Positions 24,990-36,881 of a stretch of 62,835 nucleotides of DNA are shown piece by piece. Below the pieces are notes generated by a model. The model searched no databases, was not told the origin of the DNA, and saw only the letters and a program-made list of their open reading frames with translations. Both the position numbers and the translations under genes were made by a program. The stretch lies in assembly GCF_001194135.2 (NCBI RefSeq), contig NC_068989.1, forward strand, positions 35,222,329 to 35,285,163, given 5' to 3'. Numbering within the stretch: the first letter of the stretch is position 1; every line of letters begins with the position of its first letter. The stretch comes from Octopus bimaculoides. Its lineage: Eukaryota.

Positions 24990-25300
24990 TGCCCTTTGTT
25001 GTCAGCCGAGGTAACAGCTGTCTGAGTATATTCCTACTTGTTCTTACACTGGATACTACACTTTTAAGACACATACTTCATGGCAATTTAGGTTACCTAG
25101 GTAGCTGTCAACTACTTCTAGGGAATATTGATGGCATTTGAAATTATGTATTAACTTGGTGGATTTAGAGTTTATTGTCTCTGTGCATCTGCTGCATATG
25201 AAATCTACCACCTCTGGTACCCTGCCTGTGATTTCAGTACTTTTCTGGTGTAGCCACACTTTAAACCATGCACACAATATGGAATATCTCTGTACTCCTT
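24990..25300 (-). mobile_element. LINE (RTE-like) ORF remnant with PHD-like cysteine motif
   Basis: WLHQKSTEITGRVPEVVDFICSRCTETI...LEVVDSYLG resembles the WVHKKC...FVC.RC / LEVVD.F.YLG region of RTE-type elements. Confidence 0.55.
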
Positions 25301-25486
25301 TTATGAATACTGGACTTAGCCATTTCCCTGATGATAGCAGGATCCTGTGAATATTTTGATTGCTTCATCAATATAACATTTCACTTTATATCTAACATTA
25401 ACCTGGTATGGTACATGGTTTTTCATTAAATATTAGGGGTCATTTGAGACCTAATTTCCAAATGTGAGCTGTCACAAAATTCCATA

Positions 25487-25517
<31 letters not shown>

Positions 25518-25997
25518 CAGAGAGAAAGACAGACAGAGGTAGATACATACTTTAAAGTATAAGGCAGGATGAAGCAAGAGATAGGGATTACTGTTTCTGG
25601 TAACTTCTATTTACTGAGATATTAGACGATCTATTTCTGTTGGGTTATTTCCACACACACACGGACATGCTTATGCATAAACGCAGAGAGAGAGAGAGAG
25701 AGAAGAGAGGGGGGAAAGAAATTGAGAAACAGATAGTAATATTAGTTGACCTGATGCTGGCATTTCTTGTGACACACACACACACACACACACACACGTT
25801 GACATTAATTGTGCTTCCCTATATTAATGAAGCAACAGTCATCTTCACACAGACGTATATACACATATACGTATATGCACATAAATGAACACACACACAC
25901 ACATAAACTTATGTTTACATTTGAAATATAAAGAGGGAGATGAGGAGAAAGAGAGAGAGGGGGGAGAGAGAGTGAGAGGAGGAAGAGAGAGAGGGGA

Positions 25998-26037
<40 letters not shown>

Positions 26038-26264
26038 GGATTTCAGTGATTCAGAGTTTATGGTAAAAACTAGGACTGTTTGATTTGATTAAACTTGAGA
26101 GTGTGGGAGTAAATGGCATCAGACTAGGGAGCTTATGATTTCTACTTCAACAACTGCCATTTCTAACTTCAAATACCATCCAGGGTGTATAGTATTCACT
26201 AAACACATATCTTTTCTAGCTATTTCTGTGTCCAAATACCACTTTAAGTGTATATTCACATATT

Positions 26265-26500
26265 AACACTTTCATTACCATATTTCTGACTAGATTCACT
26301 AACTTTGTTTTAATTAATTTTGAAATAATGAAGAATTTAATGAAACAACTTTGTCATTGCTAAGCTGACATTTGGTACACGTAATTAACATGAAATTTTG
26401 ATAGAAGATATTCATTTTAGATCACTTTAGCTCTTTTGTTACCATATTTCTCTTGAGACATATTGCCTTTGTTTCAATTAATTTTGAAAATAATGAAGAA
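26265..26500. mobile_element. Second TTAA-type MITE family fragments (tandem); related copy at 57455-57615
   Basis: TTAACACTTTCATTACCATATTTCT / CTCTTTTGTTACCATATTTCT termini and the shared AATTAATTTTGAAA(A)TAATGAAGAAT motif. Confidence 0.55.
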
Positions 26501-26574
26501 TGTAGTATGTCATATGAAGTAAGATGGACAAATTAACCAACTAACCAGCCAATTAACCTACCAGCATTTATATA

Positions 26575-27955
26575 TTGGTTTCAAATTTTGGCACAGAACC
26601 AGCAATTTTGGGAGAGTGAGGTAAGTTGATTACATCAACCCCAGTGCTCAACTGATACTTATTTTACCAACCCCGAAAGGATGAAAGGTCAAAGATGACC
26701 TCAGTGGAATTTGAACTCAGAATGGATGATAGCAGGGTCCTGTGAATATTTTGATTGCTTCATCAATATAACCTTTCACTTTATATCTAACACTAACTTG
26801 GTATGGTACAAGGTTTTTCATTAAATATTAGGGGTCATTTGAGACCTAATTTCCAAATGTCAGCCTTTGCAAAATTCCATATGCTAATGATTCTGCCAGC
26901 TTGCTGCTTGAACCAGCATTTACATATTTACAATTATTATATAGAAATAAATAGACAGAGAACTGGCAGAATTGTCAGCCCATCAGACAAGATGCTTTGT
27001 AGCATTTCTACCAGCTCTTTATGTTCTAAGTTCAAATTCCATTAAAGTCAACTTTGTTTTTCATCCTTTCAGAATTAATAAAATAAAGTATCAGTCAAGT
27101 ACCAGGTCAGTGTAACTGACCTTCCCCTTTCCCTCCAAATCACTGGTTTTGTGTCAAAAGTTAGAAAGATTTATTATTATTATTATTAAGGTGATGAACT
27201 GGCAAAATTATTAACTTATTGGACAAAATACTTTGCACTGTTTCTTCTGGTTCTTTACATTCTTAACTTTGCTTTCATCCTTTCAGGGTTGGTAAAATAA
27301 AGCACTAGCCAAGTATCTTGAGGCAAGGGCAGTCAAAGTAATCGCCCACCTTCTCTCAAAATTGTTGAATTGACTAATCCCATTACCTCTCAAAATTACT
27401 GGCCATATACCAAAATTAGAAAGAATTATATGGAGATAAAACTGTCCAAGCTTTAAGTATACTTGCAAATATTTCTTTGTCTTTAAGTAATTTTCTAACA
27501 GCAGCCTAAAGTTTGACAATTTAGCATGACTCATCTGAAAATGTCATAATTTCTCAGAAACAGTTTTGATATTTAGTCTAGGACATTTAAACTGATTTAT
27601 TTTTTTCAAATAAAGTAGATGTATTTGGCAATTTAGATCTTATACCAGAGTTTTATCTCTACTGTTTTAGTTTCTAATAACAAAATTTGTTTGCTATGAA
27701 TCATAATGGAATGGTTTTGTTTCCTGATAAATAAAGAACTAATAACCTTTCTACTATATGCACAAACCTGAAATTTTGGGGACAGCGAACTAGTCAATTG
27801 CATCAACCCCAGTACTCAGCTGGTACTCACTTTTGAGACCCCAGAGGGATGAAAGGCAAAGTTGATTTTGGCAGGGTTTTAATTCGAAATATAAAACTGG
27901 AAGAAATGTCACTAAGCATTTTGTCTGGCATGCGAATGATCCCACTCATTTGCCA
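26575..27955. mobile_element. Cluster of SINE family A copies: 26575-26910 (-), 26955-27170 (+), 27188-27310 (+), 27735-27955 (-)
   Basis: Repeated GGATGAAAGG / CCTTTCATCC and GAATTTGAACTCAGAA / TTCTAAGTTCAAATTC motifs. Confidence 0.7.
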
Positions 27956-30900
27956 CTTTAAATAAAGGACTTTTCAGGACCGTGCAATGCGAGGTGACGA
28001 GAATGAGTCTCCTTAGTACATCACACAGTCAATACAATAAATATAAAAAGAATAATACATATATGTGCCAGAGGGGAAAAGAGAGACACAATTGAGTAAA
28101 ATGTTTAAGAGAAGATTTATTGATATACTAACATGTGTGTCTGTGTGTGCATCATGTATACAAAATAATAGACAGGCCGTCATAAGAACAAAGTGTATGT
28201 GTGCATAGGCATGGATGCATGCATATGCGTTACGTACATATAAGAATAACAATTAAGAGGATAGTGAAAGAGTCTATAATGAGAAGTTAGAAGAATGTTC
28301 ATAGACACAAGAATGAGAAATACCAGTTCGTAGTCAATTGTACATGGTAGTTGAAATACTGTATCAAGAAGTTACAGCCATGATGCTGAGCCAGTTGCAG
28401 TACATGTACATGAAGTTGTGGCTGTAATGTTGCTGCCTGGGTCATTTGGTACAGGAGTTCTCGCAGGTTGTATATTTGCTGTTGATCCATGATGAAGTAA
28501 TTCACGAACAGTGGATTGTTGGAACCTGGGCGAGTTGCTTGTTGAACTGTATACATAGAGAGATGATGTTGATGATGTTAAGAAGGTGATGGTGGTGATG
28601 AAGAAAGAGATTGCTGTAATGCTGTTAGTAAGTCACAACATGGCTGCTGGTGTGTTGTCAGTGGAACTGGCTGTGTCTTGTGTGGTCAGTGGCTATACCT
28701 TAAAAGGTCTGAAACCAAAGACATCGAGATGAGGAGAAGCTGGGTTTTTATAAGGAGCTGTAGGTTCAAAACTGGGTTGAGAACAGGCTGTCTCACATGA
28801 TTTTATTTAGAGGCTCCAATTAGTTATATGCTCAAATTAGCACAACAGAGTAAGAGACAAATTGTACCAATACCAACCAATCAGAGTAGTGGACACAATG
28901 GGGTTCAAATAGCAGCCAAAGGCTAGCTGTTACCTGCTATGTTTGAATGCACGTATATATAATAAAGAGGAGAGAGGAATTTCACTTGAGTGTACGCTAC
29001 AAACTAATTAATAATTATGTATCTGAGTGTGTTTTGGCAGATCCAGATGTGAATATCTCATCACTGTTGCTTTTCCTCGTTGGAGAACACCTCCTCCCTT
29101 TAGATGATGTGTGTTTGTAAAGCATACGATTCACTGGTGTAAGGGGATTTTGATTCACTGCAGTGTTTCAACTTTATTGTATCCTCTCAGTCAAAGCTAC
29201 CCAATTAGGTCAAAGAAACTAAGAAGAGCATGAGCTCTTGTTTGTAAAAATCAGCACACAAATTATCTGCAGATGCATGCTGATTTCTGCCAAACAGATA
29301 ATAGTTCATGGGGTGCACACAGAACAGTGAGAGTTCAAACAATAATGTATCTATTCATTTTTAATGTTTTGGGAGATTTGAATGTGAATATCTCATCATT
29401 GTTGGTTTTTGATAATGAAGAACACCTTCTTTGTGGAAGAGTAGAATTCAAGGCAAGCAGTAATGGTCTATAATAATAAAAAAAAACATTACAAAAATGT
29501 GTAAACTAACTGGTGTTCAAGTGGTGTGAAGAGAGTTGAATTGTAATATTTCAGTGTCATATGAAGAGAAATTGTGAAGTACACACCTTTTGTAAAACAA
29601 TACACTTTGGCAAATGAAAGATAAAAATTGAGCCAACAAAGGAGCCTGTATGCTGTCACTAAACATGTTAGAGCTAAAAGTAGCAGCCAAATATTCTTTT
29701 TTTTAAAAAAAATTATATATATATATATATATATAGTTCCTCTAGAACTACATTATTCTATATCTGAAATTAATCATGGCAGGAATGTTTTCATTATAGG
29801 TCTGCTAAAAATAAGTTGGTTTAAAATAATATAATCAAAAGCAACAACAATAACAATACTACCATGATGAAATGAACTCGTTATTGTGAGTCATTATGTG
29901 AAAACTCAAACTACTAAAAGAGCTTTAGATGGCTTCACAACTATCCAAAATGGTCTTGAAACCATCTAATGAGGTATCCATTCAGAAGGCTGTAATATCA
30001 TTTGATAAAGGAACATGGTACAATGAATTCATATAACAAGGCTGTAACTTTAAATACCTTTACTCACGGTCCCAAACATATACAATTGAACAATAAAGGA
30101 AAGAATTTGATGAATGGAGACCATGTTCATCTTCTGTGTACTACCTCATGTCTGCTAGCTGGCATCTGTTGTAAAGATCATGTCTTTGCTCTCCGACGTC
30201 TAGAGGCCAAAAGAGGAAGTTGCAGGGCCTCGTGTTAGAATCTCACCGCTGCTAGCATGAGGTTGTTTAAACCTAATGTCAAGGGAAGTAACTGCACCTA
30301 CAGAGCAGCCAAATTTTTCTGAAATCCTACCCTTCTATCTTAAAAAATGGAGAAAGTAGACATAGCTTCATGAGACATATCTGTAAAAATGCAGGATGGT
30401 CACAACAGAAATAGCTGTAAGTACAGATCTGTTCAGTTAGGGTTAAACATGAAATACTTCGCATTGTATTGACTTAAAGTTTACTTTCTCGACTCTGTAG
30501 CAATAATAAAATGATAAAAATTAAATTGCTTTTGTCAACCAGTCATTCTCTCAAACACATGTGGTCTCTCTAATGGTTATAGCTTTTACAAAGGAGATAA
30601 TCATTTCTCCATAAATCAAAACTGGGCTGAAATTTGAAATTGAAATTAAGGAATGTTAAGGAAAGAAATGCGTACAATTCACATATTCAATTGTTTTTGT
30701 TTACTTAATATAAAGTTCTTAAAATTTCTAGTCATTAGTACTAAGAAATAATCAGCATGACAAAACCTGTAACTTATTAATTAAACACCTTATGAAGTGA
30801 AACTTTTCATTAAAGCTGGAAATAATTAAAGTCTGAAGAAAATTCATAGAATTTGTAGCTTTTTGTTTCTTTTCTTCATAGAATGTTCATAGTTTAGGAA

Positions 30901-31204
30901 TAGACAAAAAGAGAAAAGTTCTTAGTATTCAAACACGGAATAACTGTTTCCAGGGAATTTTGTCTTGTGAAAATGCCTTACAATAGCCGATAATTTTAGT
31001 TTTAGATACAAACAACTTCACAAGCCATTTATATCTTCTTTAAAAAGCTGATGGTCATTTCAAGCTGTTATTGATCATGATATTACCTCATGTGTGTAAT
31101 GGAATAGAGATCTATTAATAAACGCACAAGTCTTGACCATCATCAACACTTTAAAATGAATTTTTCATGAATTTTCAGGTAGAATTCTCTCATCTCTGAA
31201 ATGG

Positions 31205-31351
31205 ATGTATGGTAAGTAGCTTGCTTACTAACCACATGGTTCCAGGTTCAGTCCCGCTGCATGGCACCTTGGGCAAGTGTCTTCTATTATAGCTTCAGTC
31301 CAACCGAAACCTTGTGAGTGGATTTGGTAGACGGAAACTGAAAGAAGCCTG

Positions 31352-31391
<40 letters not shown>

Positions 31392-31590
31392 GTTTGCATG
31401 TTTGTGTTTATCCCCCACCGACGCTTGACAACCGATGTTAGTGTGTTTATGTCCCTGTAACTTAGTGGTTAGCAAAAGAGACTGATAGAATAAGTACTAG
31501 ACTAACAAAGAATAAGTCCTGGGGTCGATTTGTTCTACTAAAGGCAGTGCTCTGGCATAGCTGCAGTTAAATGACTGAAACAAATAAAAG
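31205..31590 (+). mobile_element. tRNA-derived SINE family B (head, internal (TA)n, tail)
   Basis: GTATGGTAAGTAGCTTGCTT...GGTTCAGTCCC...GGCACCTTGGGCAAGTGTCTTCT...GGAAACTGAAAGAAGCC; other copies at 37612-37775, 40320-40695 (-) and 61072-61230. Confidence 0.8.
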
Positions 31591-31805
31591 AATAAAGGAA
31601 TAAAAGAATGAATGAAAAATGAATGAAACAGCTGAAAAACCATTAGACTTTAAAAAGGAATATCTCTTTCATTAAATTAAGAAAATAATCAACAATTTTT
31701 CATGAACTGAACTTTTTTTATTTTTCAGATTCACTGGGACCATATGTTTCTATGTTGCACCTGACCAAAATATAATCCATGTTCACGATTTGAAAATCTA
31801 GAAAG

Positions 31806-33485
31806 ATGCCTGTCTCCAACATTACAAACACTGTAGATTTTATGAAGTATTTTCTTTTCATTATATTAATTTGTCTATGCCAAGGAATTCCATTTTCTAC
31901 TAAGGATTTTGTTAAAAGATATCCATGCCTTGAATACAATGTCTGTGAGTGTTCTGAAGGAATATATGACCCTCCTTATAGTGATACAGTTACTGTTGAC
32001 TGTCGGGCTAGGAATTTGACTAAAATTCCTGCTTTGGTGGATTTAGACAAGAACAAGTACTATCGTCTTTGGTTACGTGATAATTACATCCAGTTAATTA
32101 ATAGTCGGGATTTCAGCTGTGATTCAATTGTGGATATTGATATTGGTGGATATAATCAAATACGTTATGTTGCTGCTAAAGCTCTGAAAGTTACCAATCG
32201 TTTCCTTCAGAAATTGACATTAAACATCAGTTCATTAAATATCTATAAACTTCGATTTTTACATGCTGTGCCAACTTTGTATGAGCTCACTATTGAAGGT
32301 AACAACAAATTGCACAAAATCTCTAGCAGACTTCTCCCTGGTTATAAAATGAAGACTTTGAGAATGCTTTCCTTAATGCATTGTGGAATTGAAAAAATTG
32401 CTTGGGATGCTTTTTTGGGTGTGAGCAATGTTAAAGAACTACATCTGTCACATAACCATTTAACTAATGTACCCAGTGATTCTCTGATGGGATTACATCA
32501 TCTTACCAAACTTGATCTCAGTTTTAATCGACTGACCACACTTGATGGTCAATCATTTACTCAGTTATTTAAACTTTCAGAAATAGATCTGACAGGAAAT
32601 GATTTTACAGAAATGCAAGAAATTCCTAGTGATGTATTTAAAGATCAGGAAGCATCACTTCATAAACTAATATTATCAAATACTTTCATCAGTACAATTC
32701 CAACTGAAGCAATCCAGAATCTTCAAGAACTTAAGACTTTGAACATCAGTTATAATAAGATTAATGAACTTAATAACAATACTCAACCGTTTTTAGGTCT
32801 AAAGTTACAAGTACTGGATATTAGTGGCAATAACATTCCATTGGAAGCAACTTTGCTAAATGGTTTAGAAAATACACTTTTCAAGTTATTTCTTCGAGAT
32901 ATGAATATTACCTCCTTGCCTTATACACTATTAAAGAAACTAGGTTACCTCTATGAACTGGACATCTCAGGTAATATAATGCCTAAACTTCCAGATTACT
33001 TTAACAAAGGGCTCTCTGTAAGACATTTTATACTACGTCGCATGAACATCAAGAAAATATCATCAAGGGCTTTCACTAAGCCATCTGAAATAGCAGAACT
33101 CTCCATAGATGTTGAATCAAATTTCATTAGCAGTATAGACTTCATCAGGAATAGTCCAGCTTGCACTTTTCACTATCTGAATCTGATGGCAAATCCAATC
33201 AACTGTGATTGTATTTTATATGAACTCATTGTTGATAGGACTATACGTTTCTCAGGAACATGTTCCAGTATTAGCCAGAATCTGTTAAACTTGAGCTTTA
33301 CCAGTAACTATCTTCAGAGAATGTTACAGCAAAAATGTTCTCCAAGAACATTCAACAGTCACTGCAGAAATGAGTACAAATCTAGACTAGCTCCACAAAC
33401 ATCAGGAACTTCTTTGCATACATACAGCAATATATTTTTGCTAATAGGAATTAATGTGGCCAATCAACTAACTTTATTACAGTGA
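31806..33485 (+). CDS. Secreted or GPI-type leucine-rich-repeat protein (signal peptide, LRRNT, roughly a dozen LRRs, LRRCT, short hydrophobic tail); single coding exon; likely start Met13 at 31842
   Basis: Open 559-codon ORF. MKYFLFIILICLCQG is signal-like; CLEYNVCECS...VDCRARNLTKIP is an LRRNT; repeated LxxLxLxxN; NPINCDC...GTC is an LRRCT. A strong acceptor TTTTTCAG at 31721-31728 implies an upstream non-coding exon. Confidence 0.93.
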   Translation: MPVSNITNTVDFMKYFLFIILICLCQGIPFSTKDFVKRYPCLEYNVCECSEGIYDPPYSDTVTVDCRARNLTKIPALVDLDKNKYYRLWLRDNYIQLINSRDFSCDSIVDIDIGGYNQIRYVAAKALKVTNRFLQKLTLNISSLNIYKLRFLHAVPTLYELTIEGNNKLHKISSRLLPGYKMKTLRMLSLMHCGIEKIAWDAFLGVSNVKELHLSHNHLTNVPSDSLMGLHHLTKLDLSFNRLTTLDGQSFTQLFKLSEIDLTGNDFTEMQEIPSDVFKDQEASLHKLILSNTFISTIPTEAIQNLQELKTLNISYNKINELNNNTQPFLGLKLQVLDISGNNIPLEATLLNGLENTLFKLFLRDMNITSLPYTLLKKLGYLYELDISGNIMPKLPDYFNKGLSVRHFILRRMNIKKISSRAFTKPSEIAELSIDVESNFISSIDFIRNSPACTFHYLNLMANPINCDCILYELIVDRTIRFSGTCSSISQNLLNLSFTSNYLQRMLQQKCSPRTFNSHCRNEYKSRLAPQTSGTSLHTYSNIFLLIGINVANQLTLLQ

Positions 33486-34868
33486 AATTTGAAACTGATG
33501 AAACTATTGTTAAATTATACTAAGAATATGTAAATATTTCTGTGTGTATCAAAAACAACATCAGTGTATTATTGCTTGCAAAAGATAATCTATTTATTAT
33601 TTTACTTTTTGCAAACTTTCTTCTCTTTCAGCTCAAATGTTTCTGAGTATACAAGTAGTCATTATCACTAACTATCACCAGCTATTTGTACAGAATCATT
33701 CTACTTGTTTTATACTAAAAGATTGATAATAACTGTTCAAGAGACATTTCTTTAAATGTGGCTTTAACAAGTAACTAAACATATGGGTTGTAGTTTCAGT
33801 CCTTGCAAATACTTTGTATGTGAATTATTTGAATGTAATTTTATTTCCAAAAATGAAGTACAGAAACAATAATGAGAAACTCCTGTAATAATATGTGTTA
33901 AGATGGAAGTAGCATGTGTTTAAGGTATGTAATGAGCCTGATAAAGTATAAAGTAGTCATATGTGCTTCCATTCATCAGAAAATAAAACTGTAATAGTTA
34001 TAATGTAGAAGAACAAAAGGAAATGGAGATACACTAATGTAATTTTAAGTAACATAAAAAGAGTTTAGAATATTACTGATCTACATTTTATGTGATAATG
34101 ATATTGCTAAATAGAAATAGATTTTTTTTTATTCAATAACTTGTCATATAAAGATGAGGCTTACAATTTACAGGTGATGTATTAAATTTTGATGATCATG
34201 CTTTCCTAGGAACCTCAGTAACACAGAAAATGATTTAATGTGAATTAAAACAGACCTGAAAAATTGATTCACAGAAAGTATGACAACCATCGTTTGCATC
34301 CCCAAACACTTTCTTCTACTTTTAACAGTAGCTCCATATGGATGGAGCTACTGTAAAACAGAAGAAATGTGGATTTCAAGGATTTGAACTTAAATTTTCT
34401 CGTTTTAAAACATCCCCTTCCATATCTCCATGTTCAAACACTAAGCTTTAATTAATTCATTTTCTAAATGTTTATAATCTTATATACATGAGGTACTACA
34501 GTATTGTTATGCTGTATTAGATAGCTAATAGTGTACTGTTGGTTGAAACTTGAATTGTCTTTCATAGAAATTATCCTCAGTGTAGGTAAGCATTATGCAC
34601 AAAAGAGGAATGATTTTCAGTAATGATAAAATGTTGATATGTAATTATGTAATTCTATTAAAACAACTACATATTACTAAATATGCTCATTCTTTCGTAA
34701 ACTCCCTAGTAATTATAACTGTGAGTAACAGTAAATAAATAACAAAAGCAAGATCAGTCATTCAACACACCAGAAGTTTTTTTATAGTACTTTTAAACAT
34801 GCAATTCACTAGAGGAGTCCTGCTGTAGGTATCCTGCAGGTATCACACCTTTCTTGGTAACACTCTTC

Positions 34869-35460
34869 GGATCTATTTTAAAACGGGGGCCACATTTTTC
34901 ATTAATGTTTTACGTAGTGTTTTTGGTAAGGAAAGACTTTCAAACTTCGTATACTTATCTATTTTGTGTTATAGAACAGAAAAATATTTTTGTATTCGAA
35001 TTTATTTCATGTAAAAAATTGTCTTATTTCGATAATTTCAACCAATCACTGACAAGTATTCAGTTGTTTACATTTACTCCTTTGGCTGATTAAGTGATGT
35101 AAAGCGTATTTAATCTCCATACCTTCGTTTTATTTGCTTTTTTCATTTTAAATTTGCTTTAACCCTAACCCTAACCCTAACCCTAACCCTAACCCTAGGG
35201 TTAGGGTTAGGGTTAGGGTTAATTGTTTCAGAATCGTTTGTTTATGTAGTCGGCACTTAATGTATATCGGCTGAATGGACGTCAGTGATTGGTTGAAATT
35301 ACAGAAATACGACAACTTTAACATGGAATAACTTATGGATTTCTTTTTTTTTTAAGAAGACTAAGAGAAAAAGATGTTTTATATGACACATTCTACCAGT
35401 GTTCCAAGTTTCAAAGTGTTTCGTTAATGAAAAATGTGGCCCCCGTTTTAAAAAAGATCC
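34869..35460. mobile_element. Palindromic non-autonomous DNA transposon, ~39-bp TIRs starting GG, perfect 8-bp TSD (Merlin- or hAT-like), telomeric-repeat core
   Basis: TSD CACTCTTC at 34861-34868 and 35461-35468. TIR GGATCTATTTTAAAACGGGGGCCACATTTTTCATTAA vs TTAATGAAAAATGTGGCCCCCGTTTTAAAAAAGATCC. Confidence 0.9.
35161..35220. repeat. Inverted interstitial telomeric repeat (AACCCT)6(AGGGTT)4
   Basis: Direct reading; symmetry centre CCCTAGGG at 35193-35200. Confidence 0.97.
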
Positions 35461-35914
35461 CACTCTTCCAATATTTTTATATTCTGATGAAATTCTTCTT
35501 GTTCTACATTTAAATCACAGTGTTTCTGGAAAGTTATCTCAGTAACTATTGAGATAAATAGCATTGCTACCCATATTATATACAGCCAAGCTTATTAATA
35601 TTGAGGTGCATCTCCTCTACTGCTCTATTGATTAAGAGAAGTTGTTTGCCTCATATCTTCATGAAAGAGAGAGGGTCTTTGACTACTAAAACAAACCAAG
35701 ACCATGCACAGAACTTAGTGCTGTTCGCTAAATCTATGAAATTGGAGGCTTTTTCTGCTCAGTTCATGAAATTTACAGCAAAAAAAGCCAAAGCAGACAC
35801 CTTAGTTCAATGGGTATCCAGTTTCACTACAAAGTATATAAAAGGGAATTCTGTATCTACAAAACTTATTGTGATGAGGCAATATTGATGATCTATTTGG
35901 AATTAATGCCTCAT

Positions 35915-36315
35915 CGACCCAAGTGCTCAACTGGTACTTATTTTATCAACTCTGAAAGGATGAAAGACAAAGATGACCTCAGTGGAATTTGAACTCAAAA
36001 TGTAAAGATGAATGAAATACTTATTTCTTTATTGCCCACAAGAGGCTAAACATAGAGGGGACAAACAAGGACAGACAAAGGGATTAAGTCGATTATATCG
36101 ACCCCAGTGCGTAACTGGTACTTAATTTATCGACCTCGAAAGGATGAAAGGCAAAGTCGACCTCGGCGGAATTTGAACTCAGAACGTAACGGCAGGCGAA
36201 ATACCGCTAGGCATTTCGCCTGGCGTGCTAACGGTTCTGCCAGCTCGCCATCTTGATGAATGAAATACTGTGCAGCATTTTGTCCAGTCTGCTAATGATT
36301 CTGCCAGCTTGCCAT
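35915..36315 (-). mobile_element. Older SINE family A copy interrupted by a younger family A-related SINE (36021-36254)
   Basis: 14-bp TSD GATGAATGAAATAC at 36007-36020 and 36255-36268; the insert retains CpGs. Confidence 0.88.
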
Positions 36316-36709
36316 CATACACTTCAATGTCATAATGCTATATTATAATAGTTAATAGTGTAGTGTCAGTTAAAACTGAAATTGTCACCCCTAGAAATTA
36401 TCTTCAGAGAGAAGAAAAACTATTCTTTTATTCTTTTATATGTTTCAGCTCAAAGGTTGTGACAATGCACCATCAGCAATGTTCATAAAAGAGGAATTTT
36501 TTTGATATTGACAGAATAACTTATATCTTTAGTAAGAATTAAGGAAAAGCAAATAAAGAAACTATATTTGTTTCTAGAAAATGAATATTAAATATGTCAT
36601 AATAATCCTCCAAAAGACACACACACACAGCACAGTTAGATGAAACAGGAGTTTCATTCTAGCAGAGTAATTGAGGTCTACGTCTCATCTCTACCAATCT
36701 TACATGCAC

Positions 36710-36723
36710 TACTACTACTACTC

Positions 36724-36786
<63 letters not shown>
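36710..36786. repeat. (CTA)n microsatellite followed by (CA)n
   Basis: Direct reading. Confidence 0.95.
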
Positions 36787-36787
<1 letters not shown>

Positions 36788-36850
36788 ACACACACACACA
36801 CACACACCACTACACACAGACACTACACACTATACATGCACACATGCATG

Positions 36851-36881
<31 letters not shown>

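Noticed and set aside
30135-30270. Short imperfect inverted repeat ACCTCATG..GCTAGC / GCTAGCATGAGGT
   Set aside because: Only ~13 bp with a ~95-bp spacer; no TSD or miRNA-like stem.
31806-33485. VLR-like somatic LRR assembly locus
   Set aside because: The ORF is complete and I found no flanking partial LRR cassettes in the window.
35161-35220. Ancestral chromosome end-to-end fusion site
   Set aside because: A fusion gives (TTAGGG)n(CCCTAA)n. Here the order is reversed and the array lies inside a TIR/TSD-bounded element.
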